A stretch of 41,714 nt of DNA from Parcubacteria group bacterium. GTDB taxonomy: Bacteria; Patescibacteriota; JACQLU01. The notes under the pieces were generated by a model that did no database searches, was not told the DNA's origin, and worked only from the letters and a program-made list of their open reading frames with translations. A program made the position numbers and the translations under genes. Where the stretch lies: positions 1 to 41,714 of the forward strand of contig JACQLU010000038.1 of assembly GCA_016203935.1 (NCBI GenBank), given 5' to 3'. Below, piece by piece: positions 7,589 through 17,500 of the stretch. Every line of letters starts with the position of its first letter. The stretch's first letter is position 1.

Positions 7589-10500
7589 TTATGTATGAGT
7601 GGCCATAGAGGTACGCCCACGCACTACGGCCGTACCCGTTCCGGTCAGTCTCTCAATCTCGGTGCTAAGATCCTCGCTTACCGTGATGCGCGCCGTCGTT
7701 CGTATCCGTTCTGGCGCCTCGCGGGCACGTTCGATTTCCAAAAGTACCGGCGTCGTCCCCTTGTGTCTTTCAAATAATGTTTTTAAAGCGGAGAAGATAG
7801 CTTGTCCGCATGTTGCAGGGATGGTAACGACATACTCGTTAGTATCAACTGTCTCGGAAGATGGCGGGAGCAAAGGTGCCTTCTTACTTGTGGGTGTAGA
7901 TGGTGGTTGTGAAGCAAATGCCGTGCCTTGAGCCTTGAGCTCTGAGCTTTGAGCATGGTTGAAAAATCCGTTTCCATTCCTCACCTCGTACATGAGAAGT
8001 TCCCGATTCTCCGTCACCTCTTTGGCGTCGCTTACGAGAAGCTTAGACGTTCCGTCGCGGAAGGTAATTCGGCCAGCCGCTACCACCACTTCGTCCTCAC
8101 GCCAGAGTGCCGCGGTGCGGGTGAGAACCGAGGGAAAGATGACCGCTTCAAGCTTCCCACTCACATCCTCCAGCGCGACGAAGAGCATCGGGTTACCTTC
8201 ACGAGTTATTTTCCGGGTGATGGTGGTGATAACACCTCCAACCGTGACTCGCCGTCCTTCATGAGCCTCGCTATCCAATTGGTGGATAGGAATAGTGGTA
8301 AGGCGTAGGCGCTCGGCGTGGGCGCGCACAGGGTGATCGCTGATGTAGAAGCCGATGAGTTCCTTCTCCCAGCGTAATCTCTCGTTCCCGGTTGCCGGAC
8401 TCACCTTAGTAAGGGTGAGGGTCTCGGCTTCGGCAGTCGCCGCAAAGAGCCCGGCCTGACCCACAACACTATCTTTTTGTACGCGCCGCGCATAGATGAG
8501 GATGCGTTCGATATCATGGAGGATCGAGCGCCGCTCGCCGAGTTCGTCGAGTGCTCCGCACTTGGCGAGACTTTCGAGGGACTTACGGTTGAGAGCCTTG
8601 GTGCGGACGCGCGCCAAGAAATCACTCAGGGAGCGAAAGGGGCCCTGCGCGGTGCGCTCGCGAACGACCGCATCCACCAAGTCGCTTCCCACATTCTTGA
8701 TCGCCGAAAGACCGAAACGGATCGTGGCATTGTCCACCACCGTAAACTGTTCGCGACTCTCGTTGACCGCGGGCGGCAGGACACGGATAGCAAGGTTTCG
8801 GCATTCATCCACTTCAATCGTGATCCGGTCGCTATCTACTACGTCCCCGGTCATGAGGCTCGCCATAAATTCGGCCGGGTAATTAGCCTTCAGGTACGCC
8901 GTCTCATACGCAATCATGGCGTAGCAGGCGGCGTGGGCTTTATTAAACCCATAGCGGGCAAACGGTTCGATAAAATCCCAGACCTTCTTTGCAAGTGGCT
9001 CGCGGTGACCCTCGCGGACCGCGCCGTCAATGAATTTTTTCTTCTGTTCATCCAAGAGACTCTTAATCTTCTTCCCCACCGCTTTACGGAGGATGTCGGC
9101 TTCGGCATAGGTGAATCCAGCGAACCTGCGGGCAATCTCAAGTACCTGATCCTGATAGACGATCACGCCGTAGGTATTCTTGAGAATCGGTTCAAAGACG
9201 GGGTGGAGGTACGTCACTTGGCGACGGCCGTGTTTGGCATTCACAAAATCGGGGATCGCCTCCATGGGGCCGGGTCGGTACAAGGAGATCATCGCGATGA
9301 TATCTTCGAGCGTGGTGGGGGCGAGTTGTTTCAAGTACCTTCGCATTCCCGCCGACTCCAGTTGGAAGATACCAGTGGTGTTGCCGGCACGAAGGAGCGC
9401 AAAGGTCTTTTCGTCGTCAAGCGGAAGTGTCGCAATATCGATGGCGACGCCGTGGCGGGTTTGGATAGTAGCGAGGGTATTTTGGATTACCGTGAGGTTA
9501 CGTAATCCCAGAAAATCCATCTTAAGGAGTCCCAGGCTTTCGACCGCGTGCATTTCGTACTGGGTAATGATCGTTTCGTCATCCTGCGAGGAGTGCTGGA
9601 GTGGTACATATTCGGTGAGGGGTTCTTTGGTAATGACGACGCCGCAGGCGTGGGTTGAGGCGTTTCGTGCTACTCCCTCGAGTTTCCTCGCCATCGTGAT
9701 GACCCGTGTGGCATCGGCGTCGTTCGCATGGCGTTCCTTGAGCTCGGGGTTCTTCTCGAGTGCTTCGGTGAGTGACATACCAAACGGGATCATCTTGGCG
9801 AGTTGGTCACAGAATGAGTAGGGAAGACTCATGGCACGACCGGCGTCGCGGATCGCCGCGCGCGCCGCCATGGTACCAAAGGTGATGATCTGGGCGACAT
9901 GGTCGTGGCCGTACTTTTGGGCTACATAACGAATCACCTCATCGCGGCGGTCGTCGGCAAAGTCGAGGTCGATATCCGGCATGCTGATGCGCGCCGGATT
10001 TAAGAAACGCTCAAAGAGGAGCCCGTAGGCGAGCGGATCGACGTCGGTAATGTTGAGGAGGTAGCTTACGATGCTTCCCGCGGCCGATCCACGCCCCGGG
10101 CCCACGCTGATCTTTTGAGTTTTCGCCCAATTGACGAAATCCTGTACGATCAGAAAATAGGAAGCAAAGCCGGTCTTGGCGATCACCGAGAGTTCGTAGT
10201 CAATGCGTTCGCGGATAGTCTTCGCTTCGTCCTCACTCGTCTTGGGATAGCGCTTGGCTACACCCGCGAGGGTGAGCGTACGCAAGTAAGAATCGCTGGT
10301 TTCGCCGGCGGGCACGGTGAAACTGGGAAGTACGTTTTTGCCGAGCGGTATCTCGAGATTCACGCGCCGTGCGATTGCGCCGCTATTCGCGATCGCTTCC
10401 GGAAGATGTGCAAAGTATTGCTCCATGGTCTCACCGGAGGCGAGCGAAAAATCTTCATGCTTCATAGAGAGTCGATCCTCCTCGGCAACCTTGCGATTGG

Positions 10501-11206
10501 TTTGGATGGCGACTAATACGTCCTGCGCCTCGGCATCATCTGGGGAGAGGTAATGGACATCGTGGGTGGCGACGAGCGGTAATCCCAACTCGCGCGCGAG
10601 CGAGACCATCGCCTCATTCACGGTCAGCTGCTCTTTGATATTGGGTTTATGTTGTAGTTCGAGGAAGAAAGAATCGCACCCAAAGATCTCGGCGAGCATC
10701 TGGGCGCGCTTTGTGGCTTCGGATCTATTGCCGGCAAGCAGCGCACGTGAAAGCGGTCCATTAAGACAGGCCGAGAGCGCGATAAGTCCCTCATGCGAGG
10801 CACGTAAGTGATCGAGGGTAAAACGCGGTTTGTAATAGAAACCCCGTAAGTGCGCTTCGGTAGTAAGTTTGATGAGATTTTTGTAGCCCGCGTAGTTTTC
10901 GGCAAGGAGGAGAAGGTGCATGGGGCGTTCCTTAAGCGAAGGTGCTTCGTATTCCGGGTGCGCGTGAGCACCAAATGCATCCTCGGCGAGATACCCTTCG
11001 ATGCCGATGATTGGTTTTATGCCTGCCTCCTTGGCGCGCTGATAAAATTCGATCGCACCATAAAGCGCGCCGTGATCGGTAAGGGCCAGAGCGTTCATAT
11101 CGAGTGCTTTGGCGCGCGCGATAAGCTCCGGGATTTTAGGAAGCCCGTCGAGGAGCGAGTAGTGCGAGTGGACGTGGAGATGGACAAAATCACTCATAGA
11201 TATCAT
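7589..11206 (-). CDS. dnaE: DNA polymerase III subunit alpha
   Basis: PHP motifs HLHVHSHYSLLDG, TDHG, THDVHY; GPGRGSAAGS; MPDIDLDF; LKMDFLGL; YGFNKAHA; C-terminal OB fold. Confidence 0.99.
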   Translation of the reverse strand: MISMSDFVHLHVHSHYSLLDGLPKIPELIARAKALDMNALALTDHGALYGAIEFYQRAKEAGIKPIIGIEGYLAEDAFGAHAHPEYEAPSLKERPMHLLLLAENYAGYKNLIKLTTEAHLRGFYYKPRFTLDHLRASHEGLIALSACLNGPLSRALLAGNRSEATKRAQMLAEIFGCDSFFLELQHKPNIKEQLTVNEAMVSLARELGLPLVATHDVHYLSPDDAEAQDVLVAIQTNRKVAEEDRLSMKHEDFSLASGETMEQYFAHLPEAIANSGAIARRVNLEIPLGKNVLPSFTVPAGETSDSYLRTLTLAGVAKRYPKTSEDEAKTIRERIDYELSVIAKTGFASYFLIVQDFVNWAKTQKISVGPGRGSAAGSIVSYLLNITDVDPLAYGLLFERFLNPARISMPDIDLDFADDRRDEVIRYVAQKYGHDHVAQIITFGTMAARAAIRDAGRAMSLPYSFCDQLAKMIPFGMSLTEALEKNPELKERHANDADATRVITMARKLEGVARNASTHACGVVITKEPLTEYVPLQHSSQDDETIITQYEMHAVESLGLLKMDFLGLRNLTVIQNTLATIQTRHGVAIDIATLPLDDEKTFALLRAGNTTGIFQLESAGMRRYLKQLAPTTLEDIIAMISLYRPGPMEAIPDFVNAKHGRRQVTYLHPVFEPILKNTYGVIVYQDQVLEIARRFAGFTYAEADILRKAVGKKIKSLLDEQKKKFIDGAVREGHREPLAKKVWDFIEPFARYGFNKAHAACYAMIAYETAYLKANYPAEFMASLMTGDVVDSDRITIEVDECRNLAIRVLPPAVNESREQFTVVDNATIRFGLSAIKNVGSDLVDAVVRERTAQGPFRSLSDFLARVRTKALNRKSLESLAKCGALDELGERRSILHDIERILIYARRVQKDSVVGQAGLFAATAEAETLTLTKVSPATGNERLRWEKELIGFYISDHPVRAHAERLRLTTIPIHQLDSEAHEGRRVTVGGVITTITRKITREGNPMLFVALEDVSGKLEAVIFPSVLTRTAALWREDEVVVAAGRITFRDGTSKLLVSDAKEVTENRELLMYEVRNGNGFFNHAQSSELKAQGTAFASQPPSTPTSKKAPLLPPSSETVDTNEYVVTIPATCGQAIFSALKTLFERHKGTTPVLLEIERAREAPERIRTTARITVSEDLSTEIERLTGTGTAVVRGRTSMATHT

Positions 11207-11404
11207 GGATATTCGGTCGCCTTGGGCAACCGATACTCATAGATACTCGTAGATACCCTTTGTTTTTTCCTATTCATTATACGGAATGGGAAGACGCACG
11301 ACAACCGTACGCTTCGATTCATGCACAAACTATGATAGGATGTAGTCGTTGCTACTCGTCGATAGTTATAGTTACTGTACCTACAGAGCGAATATCTACC
11401 GTGT

Positions 11405-12172
11405 ATGGCGTTTCGCCACGTAGAGAAACAAATTGTGGTGATTATTATCTTCTTGGCAATACTCGCCACACCGGTGATCGCGTATCGTGGCTATGTGAGT
11501 ATTACCACAACACCAACTCCCACGCCCACCCCTCCGCCGTACCGCGAGCTTGAGGTGAGCGAGGAAGCGCGTTTCTTTCTCTCCGAGGAGGCTGGCTTTT
11601 ATGATGCGTGGGTGAGAATCAAAAATCCCAATCGCGACTTTGGGGTCGATCGCCTCTCGTATCGCTTTGAATTCTATGACGCCGCGGGCACCCTGCTTAC
11701 TACCGAACGCGCCGAAAGCTTCATCCTGCCCTCCGAGGAGAAGTATTTTGTCGCGCCGGGCGTACGGATTATTGAAGAAGGCGTGCCGACCCGCGTGAAA
11801 TTTATGATCACCGACGCTCTGTTTGTGAAGGTGACGGGGGTTCCTACGCTCACCCTGCGCATCTTTAATCAGCGTTACGAGCCGGGGAAACCGCGCGCGG
11901 GCGAGACGCGACTCTCAGCCGAGATCGAAAACGGTACCTTTTTTCACATCAAAGAAGTATCCGTGGAGGTGCTCCTCTTTAATGAAGCGAACGAAATAGC
12001 CGCGGTGAATGCGACCCGCATTGGTGAACTTATCCCTAATGAGCGACGCGCTTTCTCGGTCCATTGGAATGCGACGTTGCCGCGAGAGTTTCGGCCGCTC
12101 GTAATTTTTGCGGTGAATCCCTTAAGGCGTGGTAACGTAGTGCCGGTCTTTGAAGAGCGCCCCGGGAGATGA
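11405..12172 (+). CDS. Membrane-anchored hypothetical protein with PT linker and two FxLYD-like Ig-type domains
   Basis: N-terminal TM, TTTPTPTPTPPP, then FEFYDAAG and VLLFNEAN motifs; overlaps the rodA start (ATGA). Confidence 0.7.
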   Translation: MAFRHVEKQIVVIIIFLAILATPVIAYRGYVSITTTPTPTPTPPPYRELEVSEEARFFLSEEAGFYDAWVRIKNPNRDFGVDRLSYRFEFYDAAGTLLTTERAESFILPSEEKYFVAPGVRIIEEGVPTRVKFMITDALFVKVTGVPTLTLRIFNQRYEPGKPRAGETRLSAEIENGTFFHIKEVSVEVLLFNEANEIAAVNATRIGELIPNERRAFSVHWNATLPREFRPLVIFAVNPLRRGNVVPVFEERPGR

Positions 12173-13299
12173 GTATGCACTTTTTTCGTGCCCTCTGGGC
12201 AGGGATTCGCGAGTACGATCTTCTCCTCGTAAGCACCGTGGTAGTGCTTACGTTGATTGGCGTAACGATGGTGGGAAGCGCTACCTTGGCCTCGTTTGGC
12301 GATGTCAGTCAGGCCGAACGGCAGCTCATCTTTGTGGTAGTAGGGTTTCTTACTTTGGCGATCGTAGCCCGGCTCGATTACCGTATCGTAAGCTCGCTGG
12401 CAATTCTTTTCTATCTTGGCACCCTCGTTCTTCTGGTGCTGCTTTTGGTGCGCGGCGAGACCGTGCGGGGTACCGCAAGCTGGCTTAGCTTTGGGTTTTT
12501 GTCGCTGCAGCCCTCCGAATTTGGCAAGGTAAGTCTCGTGCTGCTCCTGGGATCTTACCTCGCCCGCTATACCGAGGAGCTTTTTTTGTTACGGCACCTT
12601 ATCATTACACTTCTCCTTACGTTGATTCCCATGATCCTTACGATTCTCGAGCCAGACTGGGGGAGCGCCTTGGTGTTTCTGGCGATCTGGTTTGTAATGA
12701 TCGCGGCGAGCTCGATGCCCCGGATCCGTATCGTCGCCGTGGTCGGCAGCGCCATCGTGGTGGCGGTGGTCGCGTGGTTTACTCTCCTCGCCCCGTATCA
12801 AAAGGAACGTATTCTCACCTTCCTTGATCCCTCTCGCGATCCCTACGGAGCAAGTTACAATGTACTCCAGTCGATATCCGCCGTGGGGTCGGGAGGACTT
12901 TTCGGGAAAGGCCTCGGACGGGGGCCGCAGAGTCAACTCAATTTTTTGCCGGCGCGCCACACCGATTTTATCTTTGCCGTGATCGCCGAAGAGCTTGGGT
13001 TTTTGGGAGCGGCAACCGTGCTCTTTCTCTTTAGTCTCCTCTTTGTGCGCATCCTTTTGGTCGCACGTCACGCGCGCGATTCCTTGGGGTGGTATCTTAC
13101 GATGGGCGTGCTCGCACTCATTGCGACGCATACCATCGTTAATATCGGGATGAACGTGGGGCTCTTCCCCGTGACCGGCATTCCGCTTCCCTTTATTAGT
13201 TATGGCGGAAGTTCCCTGGTGAGTACCCTTATCGCCCTCGGCATCGTGCTCTCTATTCAGCGTAAATCACCCAAGGGGGCGATGGGCCTTGCGCCCTAG
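12169..13299 (+). CDS. rodA: Rod shape-determining SEDS protein RodA
   Basis: LQPSEFGK, EPDWGSA, PYQKERI, YNVLQSISAVGSGG, HTDFIFAVIAEELG, TGIPLPFISYGGSS. Confidence 0.93.
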   Translation: MSMHFFRALWAGIREYDLLLVSTVVVLTLIGVTMVGSATLASFGDVSQAERQLIFVVVGFLTLAIVARLDYRIVSSLAILFYLGTLVLLVLLLVRGETVRGTASWLSFGFLSLQPSEFGKVSLVLLLGSYLARYTEELFLLRHLIITLLLTLIPMILTILEPDWGSALVFLAIWFVMIAASSMPRIRIVAVVGSAIVVAVVAWFTLLAPYQKERILTFLDPSRDPYGASYNVLQSISAVGSGGLFGKGLGRGPQSQLNFLPARHTDFIFAVIAEELGFLGAATVLFLFSLLFVRILLVARHARDSLGWYLTMGVLALIATHTIVNIGMNVGLFPVTGIPLPFISYGGSSLVSTLIALGIVLSIQRKSPKGAMGLAP

Positions 13300-13329
13300 T
13301 TCTTTGTCTCTGGTTACTGTGCGATCCGT

Positions 13330-14076
13330 ATGACAAGCGAAGCAATGCTTGAGGTACAAAATCTTACCAAACACTACGACGGCGAGATCGGGATCGCCGA
13401 CGTTTCGTTTGCAGTGAGGAGTGGTGAAATTGTGGGACTTTTGGGACCGAATGGAGCAGGGAAGACCACCACCATAAATATCATCCTTGGCGTACTTGAA
13501 AAGGATTCGGGGACACTTTCCATATTAGGAAGAGATCCGCGTATAGAGCGCGAGAAAGTCTTGACCCAGATGAACTTTGCCGCGGTCTATGCGCAACTAC
13601 CCGGCAATCTCACCGTATGGCAAAATCTCTATATCTTTGGGCTTCTTTATCAGGTCGAGAAGCTTACCGAGCGCATTACTCAGCTTATGAAGACATTTGG
13701 ACTTAGTGGGTTACGCGATACCACCACGGGAGTGCTCTCCTCGGGTGAGCAGACGCGGGTAAATCTTACCAAGGCACTCTTAAATAGCCCCAAACTTCTT
13801 TTGCTCGACGAACCAACTGCCTCGCTCGATCCGCATATCGCCCACGATGTCCGTGCCACCATTAAGGCCTATGTTGTAGAAAGTGGCGCGGGGGTGCTTT
13901 GGACCTCGCATAATATGCATGAGGTTGAAGCGATCTGCGATCGGGTGCTTTTTCTCTCGCACGGACGGATTCTCCTCGAAGGCGATCCTAAGAAACTTCC
14001 TCAAGAACGTGGCAAACAGAATCTCGAGGAACTATTTATTAGTGTGGCCAAAGAACCGCCGACGATTTTTGCGTGA
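13330..14076 (+). CDS. ABC transporter ATP-binding protein (ABC-2/NodI-like)
   Basis: Walker A GPNGAGKT, LSSGEQ signature, LLLDEPT, H-loop TSH. Confidence 0.92.
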   Translation: MTSEAMLEVQNLTKHYDGEIGIADVSFAVRSGEIVGLLGPNGAGKTTTINIILGVLEKDSGTLSILGRDPRIEREKVLTQMNFAAVYAQLPGNLTVWQNLYIFGLLYQVEKLTERITQLMKTFGLSGLRDTTTGVLSSGEQTRVNLTKALLNSPKLLLLDEPTASLDPHIAHDVRATIKAYVVESGAGVLWTSHNMHEVEAICDRVLFLSHGRILLEGDPKKLPQERGKQNLEELFISVAKEPPTIFA

Positions 14077-14101
14077 ATTCGCGTATAGGTAAGTTACCTC
14101 C

Positions 14102-14902
14102 ATGAACCTTGAGCGAATCTATGCCATCATGTTACGCCAGTGGTTTCTCATTCAGCGCAATAAAGTGCGCTATCTTAACATTTTTGGTTGGATTGCGATC
14201 GACATCATTCTCTGGGGGTTTATCACCCGCTACTTGGACCTAGTGGGCTCGTCGGCTTTCAGTTTCACCACCGTCCTCCTGGGTGCTGTGGTGCTTTGGA
14301 ATTTTCTCGTGCGGGTGCATCAAGGGGTGATCGTCGCCTTCTTTGAGGATATGTGGTCGCGGAATTTTCTTAATCTCTTCGCCTCACCGCTCTCGATCAA
14401 AGAGTACGTAGTCGGGCTCATCGCGACGAGCATTGTGACGAGCCTTGCGGGACTGACACTTATGTTCTTCATCGCATATCTACTCTTTGCATTTAGTATC
14501 TTCCAATTAGGCATGATTGTGGTACCGTTCCTTGCCATCCTTATGATTTTTGGCTGGGCGCTTGGGATTTTCACTACGGCGCTTGTGTTGCGATTCGGTC
14601 CGCCCGCCGAGTGGTTTGGCTGGATCATTCCGTTTGCGTTAAGCCCTTTTGCCGGCGTCTTCTATCCGATTGCGTCACTTCCCCATGGGTTACAGGTCGT
14701 TGCCCGTTTCCTGCCACCCTCCTATGTATTTGAAGGGATGCGGGCGGCGCTCACCTCGGGAGAATTTTTAACGGGAGAGCTCTTTATAGGGCTTGGTATC
14801 GCGGCGGTGTATCTCTCCCTTGCGTATCTCGTCTTTCTTGCGACCTACCGCGTCATCCTTAGAAAGGGCCTCATCACCCGCTTCACCGCGGAGAATGGGT
14901 AA
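14102..14902 (+). CDS. ABC-2 type permease
   Basis: About six TM helices; GVFYPIASLP...LPPSYVFEGMR motif; directly follows the ATPase gene. Confidence 0.88.
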   Translation: MNLERIYAIMLRQWFLIQRNKVRYLNIFGWIAIDIILWGFITRYLDLVGSSAFSFTTVLLGAVVLWNFLVRVHQGVIVAFFEDMWSRNFLNLFASPLSIKEYVVGLIATSIVTSLAGLTLMFFIAYLLFAFSIFQLGMIVVPFLAILMIFGWALGIFTTALVLRFGPPAEWFGWIIPFALSPFAGVFYPIASLPHGLQVVARFLPPSYVFEGMRAALTSGEFLTGELFIGLGIAAVYLSLAYLVFLATYRVILRKGLITRFTAENG

Positions 14903-14942
14903 AGGCACCATGACTTTTCGAGCTGTGTTCATCCGTTAGTGG

Positions 14943-14978
14943 GGGACACTCAATTTTCGATCGAAAATTGAGTGTCCC
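14943..14978. repeat. Perfect 36-bp palindrome with no loop
   Basis: GGGACACTCAATTTTCGA|TCGAAAATTGAGTGTCCC. Confidence 0.9.
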
Positions 14979-15062
14979 TTTGCAAAAATGCTTTGCTATC
15001 CCACCCGCTGATCCATGTGCAGATTTGTTGGTACACTAGATGTAGTTTCTTCATACGTTGAA

Positions 15063-16205
15063 ATGAATCTTCTCTCTTTGCTTCGTGATTTCAAGCGCTC
15101 TTTCTCCTCCTACCGACCGTTGGTAGAGGTTTTGATTTATAGAGAACGGTTGCTTTATAACCTTCGCGAGTTCGAAAGGCGGTATCCTAAGCTTGCGATT
15201 GCGCCGGTGCTAAAGAGCAATGCCTACGGACACGGGCTTAGTACGATTGCAAGAATTTTGGATGGAGAAGATCTCCCTTTTTTGATTGTTGATTCTCTGT
15301 TCGAAGCCCGACTACTCCGTCATGAAGGAATCCGCACGCCGATTCTCGTCATTGGCTATACGACAATCGAGAATATACATAGGAGCAACCTACGCAATAT
15401 TGCTTTTACGATCACGGGATTTACACAACTCGAAGCTGTCGCCGATTCGCTGCCGCGTCCCACGATGTTTCATCTTAAGATCGATACTGGCATGCATCGG
15501 CAGGGAATTATGCCGAGTGAGGTTACGCAAGCAGTGCACCTTCTTAAACAGAACCGCCAGCTCAAACTTGAAGGAGTATTCTCGCACTTTGCCGATGCTG
15601 ATAGTCCCGATTCCGCGTTTACCCTCAAGCAGATTGAGCGATGGCACGAAATGGTCTCTTTATTCAAGAAGGAATTCTCCACGATACGTTATTACCATCT
15701 TTCGGCGACCGCCGGCATGCGCTACGCCGATCGGATCGAGGCGAATATGGCACGGATCGGGAGAGGGCTCTACGGCATCGATCCTGTTGGTACCTCGGAC
15801 TTCGAACTACAGCCGGTCTTAGAGATGAAGACAATCGTCAGCGCAGTAAAGGAATTGGCGGCTCGCGATTATGTCGGCTATGGTCTTACGTTTCGGGCAG
15901 AGAAGCCTATGAAGATCGCGGTGGTATCGGTAGGATACTTTGAAGGAGTGGACCGTCGACTTTCCAATCGCGGCGTTTTTAAAATTCACGACCAGTTTTG
16001 CCCCATTGTGGGGCGGGTGAGTATGAATATCACCACAGTTAATGTCTCTTCGCTACCGGATGTCAAAGAAGGGGACGAAGTGACAGTGATTAGTAAAGAG
16101 CGCGAGGATCCCAACTCAATTGAGAGTATTGCAAAAATTTGTGATACCATCCCCCACGAAATCCTCGTCCATATTCCCCAGCATCTTCGGCGTACGGTTG
16201 TCTGA
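15063..16205 (+). CDS. alr: Alanine racemase
   Basis: VLKSNAYGHG (PLP lysine), HLKIDTGMHRQG, FSHFADAD, VGYG, GRVSMN, TIPHEI. Confidence 0.95.
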   Translation: MNLLSLLRDFKRSFSSYRPLVEVLIYRERLLYNLREFERRYPKLAIAPVLKSNAYGHGLSTIARILDGEDLPFLIVDSLFEARLLRHEGIRTPILVIGYTTIENIHRSNLRNIAFTITGFTQLEAVADSLPRPTMFHLKIDTGMHRQGIMPSEVTQAVHLLKQNRQLKLEGVFSHFADADSPDSAFTLKQIERWHEMVSLFKKEFSTIRYYHLSATAGMRYADRIEANMARIGRGLYGIDPVGTSDFELQPVLEMKTIVSAVKELAARDYVGYGLTFRAEKPMKIAVVSVGYFEGVDRRLSNRGVFKIHDQFCPIVGRVSMNITTVNVSSLPDVKEGDEVTVISKEREDPNSIESIAKICDTIPHEILVHIPQHLRRTVV

Positions 16206-16228
16206 AATTTGATAGTGTTGATGTCATC

Positions 16229-16260
16229 GCGCATAATTCCGCCATGGCGGAATTATGCGC
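16229..16260. repeat. Perfect 32-bp palindrome with no loop
   Basis: GCGCATAATTCCGCCA|TGGCGGAATTATGCGC, with a TCCGCC..GGCGGA core. Confidence 0.9.
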
Positions 16261-16375
16261 TGCTTAAATTCTCTTGATAGAGGAGAAGTCTATTTAAGCA
16301 ATGCAACGGGGGAGAATGCGATCATTCTTTCCTTTTTAGTATGGATATGCTAAGAATGCCGCGAGGAGGGTAATC

Positions 16376-17059
16376 ATGGAACTTCAGAAGTTGATGGAAC
16401 ACTTCTTCCATCTTTATGGACCTAGAAATCGTATCCATCTGCCCGGGTTGCGTGAACGACTAGATTTTCTTAATCTTGGCATCGGGAATCTGGGTGATGC
16501 CATACGTATGGGCATCCAGGGCAAACTGCTGAGGGAGCAACTCGCCAGAGTGGTTGCGCGCATCTTCTGTATTGCCGAACACTTTCGCAATCTTCCCCTA
16601 GTGGAAGTGATGGCGAGAAAATATCCAGCCGCTCATTGCAGTTATTGCCTGCAACTTCCGTGCGTGTGTCCCGAGCGACGGCCAGATCCGCAACTTGCAC
16701 ATACCGTCCATCAAGAACAACTCGCATGGAGTCTCACCGCGTGGTCACATCATTGTGCTATTCTCTATGGAGAGAAAAACAGAGCGCGGGGGATTAACTA
16801 TGTCTTAAACCGGCTTTTCAAAGAAGTGTGTGAATTGCTAAGGCTTCTCGTAACCATCCCTCGGTCAAAGAGTCCGCCAAGTAAAATTGAAGAGGAATTC
16901 GCCCTAGAACTTGCCGATACTCTGGCTTGGACTATTGCGGTGGCGAATTTACTGGAACAGGATTTAGATGCGGCGGTCTGGGAACGGTATGGCAAGGGCT
17001 GTTCGTGGTGTCATAAAAATCCCTGTGTGTGTACCGACCTGTGGGGCAGTATAGGGTAG
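16376..17059 (+). CDS. Tandem-domain MazG-like NTP pyrophosphohydrolase
   Basis: Two repeats, each ending in YxxxC/HCxxCxxxPCxC; the C-terminal repeat has KEVCEL and ELADTLAW; SD GAGGAGG. Confidence 0.75.
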   Translation: MELQKLMEHFFHLYGPRNRIHLPGLRERLDFLNLGIGNLGDAIRMGIQGKLLREQLARVVARIFCIAEHFRNLPLVEVMARKYPAAHCSYCLQLPCVCPERRPDPQLAHTVHQEQLAWSLTAWSHHCAILYGEKNRARGINYVLNRLFKEVCELLRLLVTIPRSKSPPSKIEEEFALELADTLAWTIAVANLLEQDLDAAVWERYGKGCSWCHKNPCVCTDLWGSIG

Positions 17060-17121
17060 TTGCATCTATGAGACGTCGCAAGGGTACGGATCGGAATCTC
17101 CGAGAACCGGCCCTTTTCTTT

Positions 17122-17223
17122 GTAGAGAAGACTAGTGGGTCGCAACTTCTTCAATTTTCTCAAGCGAAGCCTTCCGCAGTGAATCTCTGGTTTTCACGAA
17201 GCCCCCCACCGGGAGCTTCTTTA
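17122..17223 (+). pseudogene. 3' stub of a divergent membrane-dipeptidase homologue with its downstream hairpin
   Basis: VEK(+1 nt)LVGRNFFNFLKRSLPQ* (stop 17180-17182) aligns with VAKIMGLNILRFLKRALKST* of 18341-19345, and is followed by the same CCGGGAGCTTCTTTA hairpin arm. Confidence 0.75.
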
Positions 17224-17296
17224 TATCGGCGAGAGTGGAGATTGTCCCTACTTTAGGGATAGGGGGTATAATGGAATCGTTCAGTACATTCCATTT

Positions 17297-17464
17297 ATGT
17301 CTTCGAAAGCAATCATTTGGATTGGAGTTATTGTGGGGTCCTACCTCGGCGGTTTCCTACCAACCCTATGGGGCACTACCGCCTTTTCATTTGCGACTCT
17401 CATCGGGAACGCCATTGGAGGACTTCTGGGCTTGTGGGTAGCGTATAAAGTAGTAAATTATTAG
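17297..17464 (+). CDS. Small Gly-rich two-TM membrane protein (55 aa), absent from the ORF track
   Basis: MSSKAIIWIGVIVGSYLGGFLPTLWGTTAFSFATLIGNAIGGLLGLWVAYKVVNY*; TATAAT about 25 nt upstream. Confidence 0.7.
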   Translation: MSSKAIIWIGVIVGSYLGGFLPTLWGTTAFSFATLIGNAIGGLLGLWVAYKVVNY

Positions 17465-17500
17465 AACCCTTTTAATTTTTCATACGTAAGGAGATGGAAT

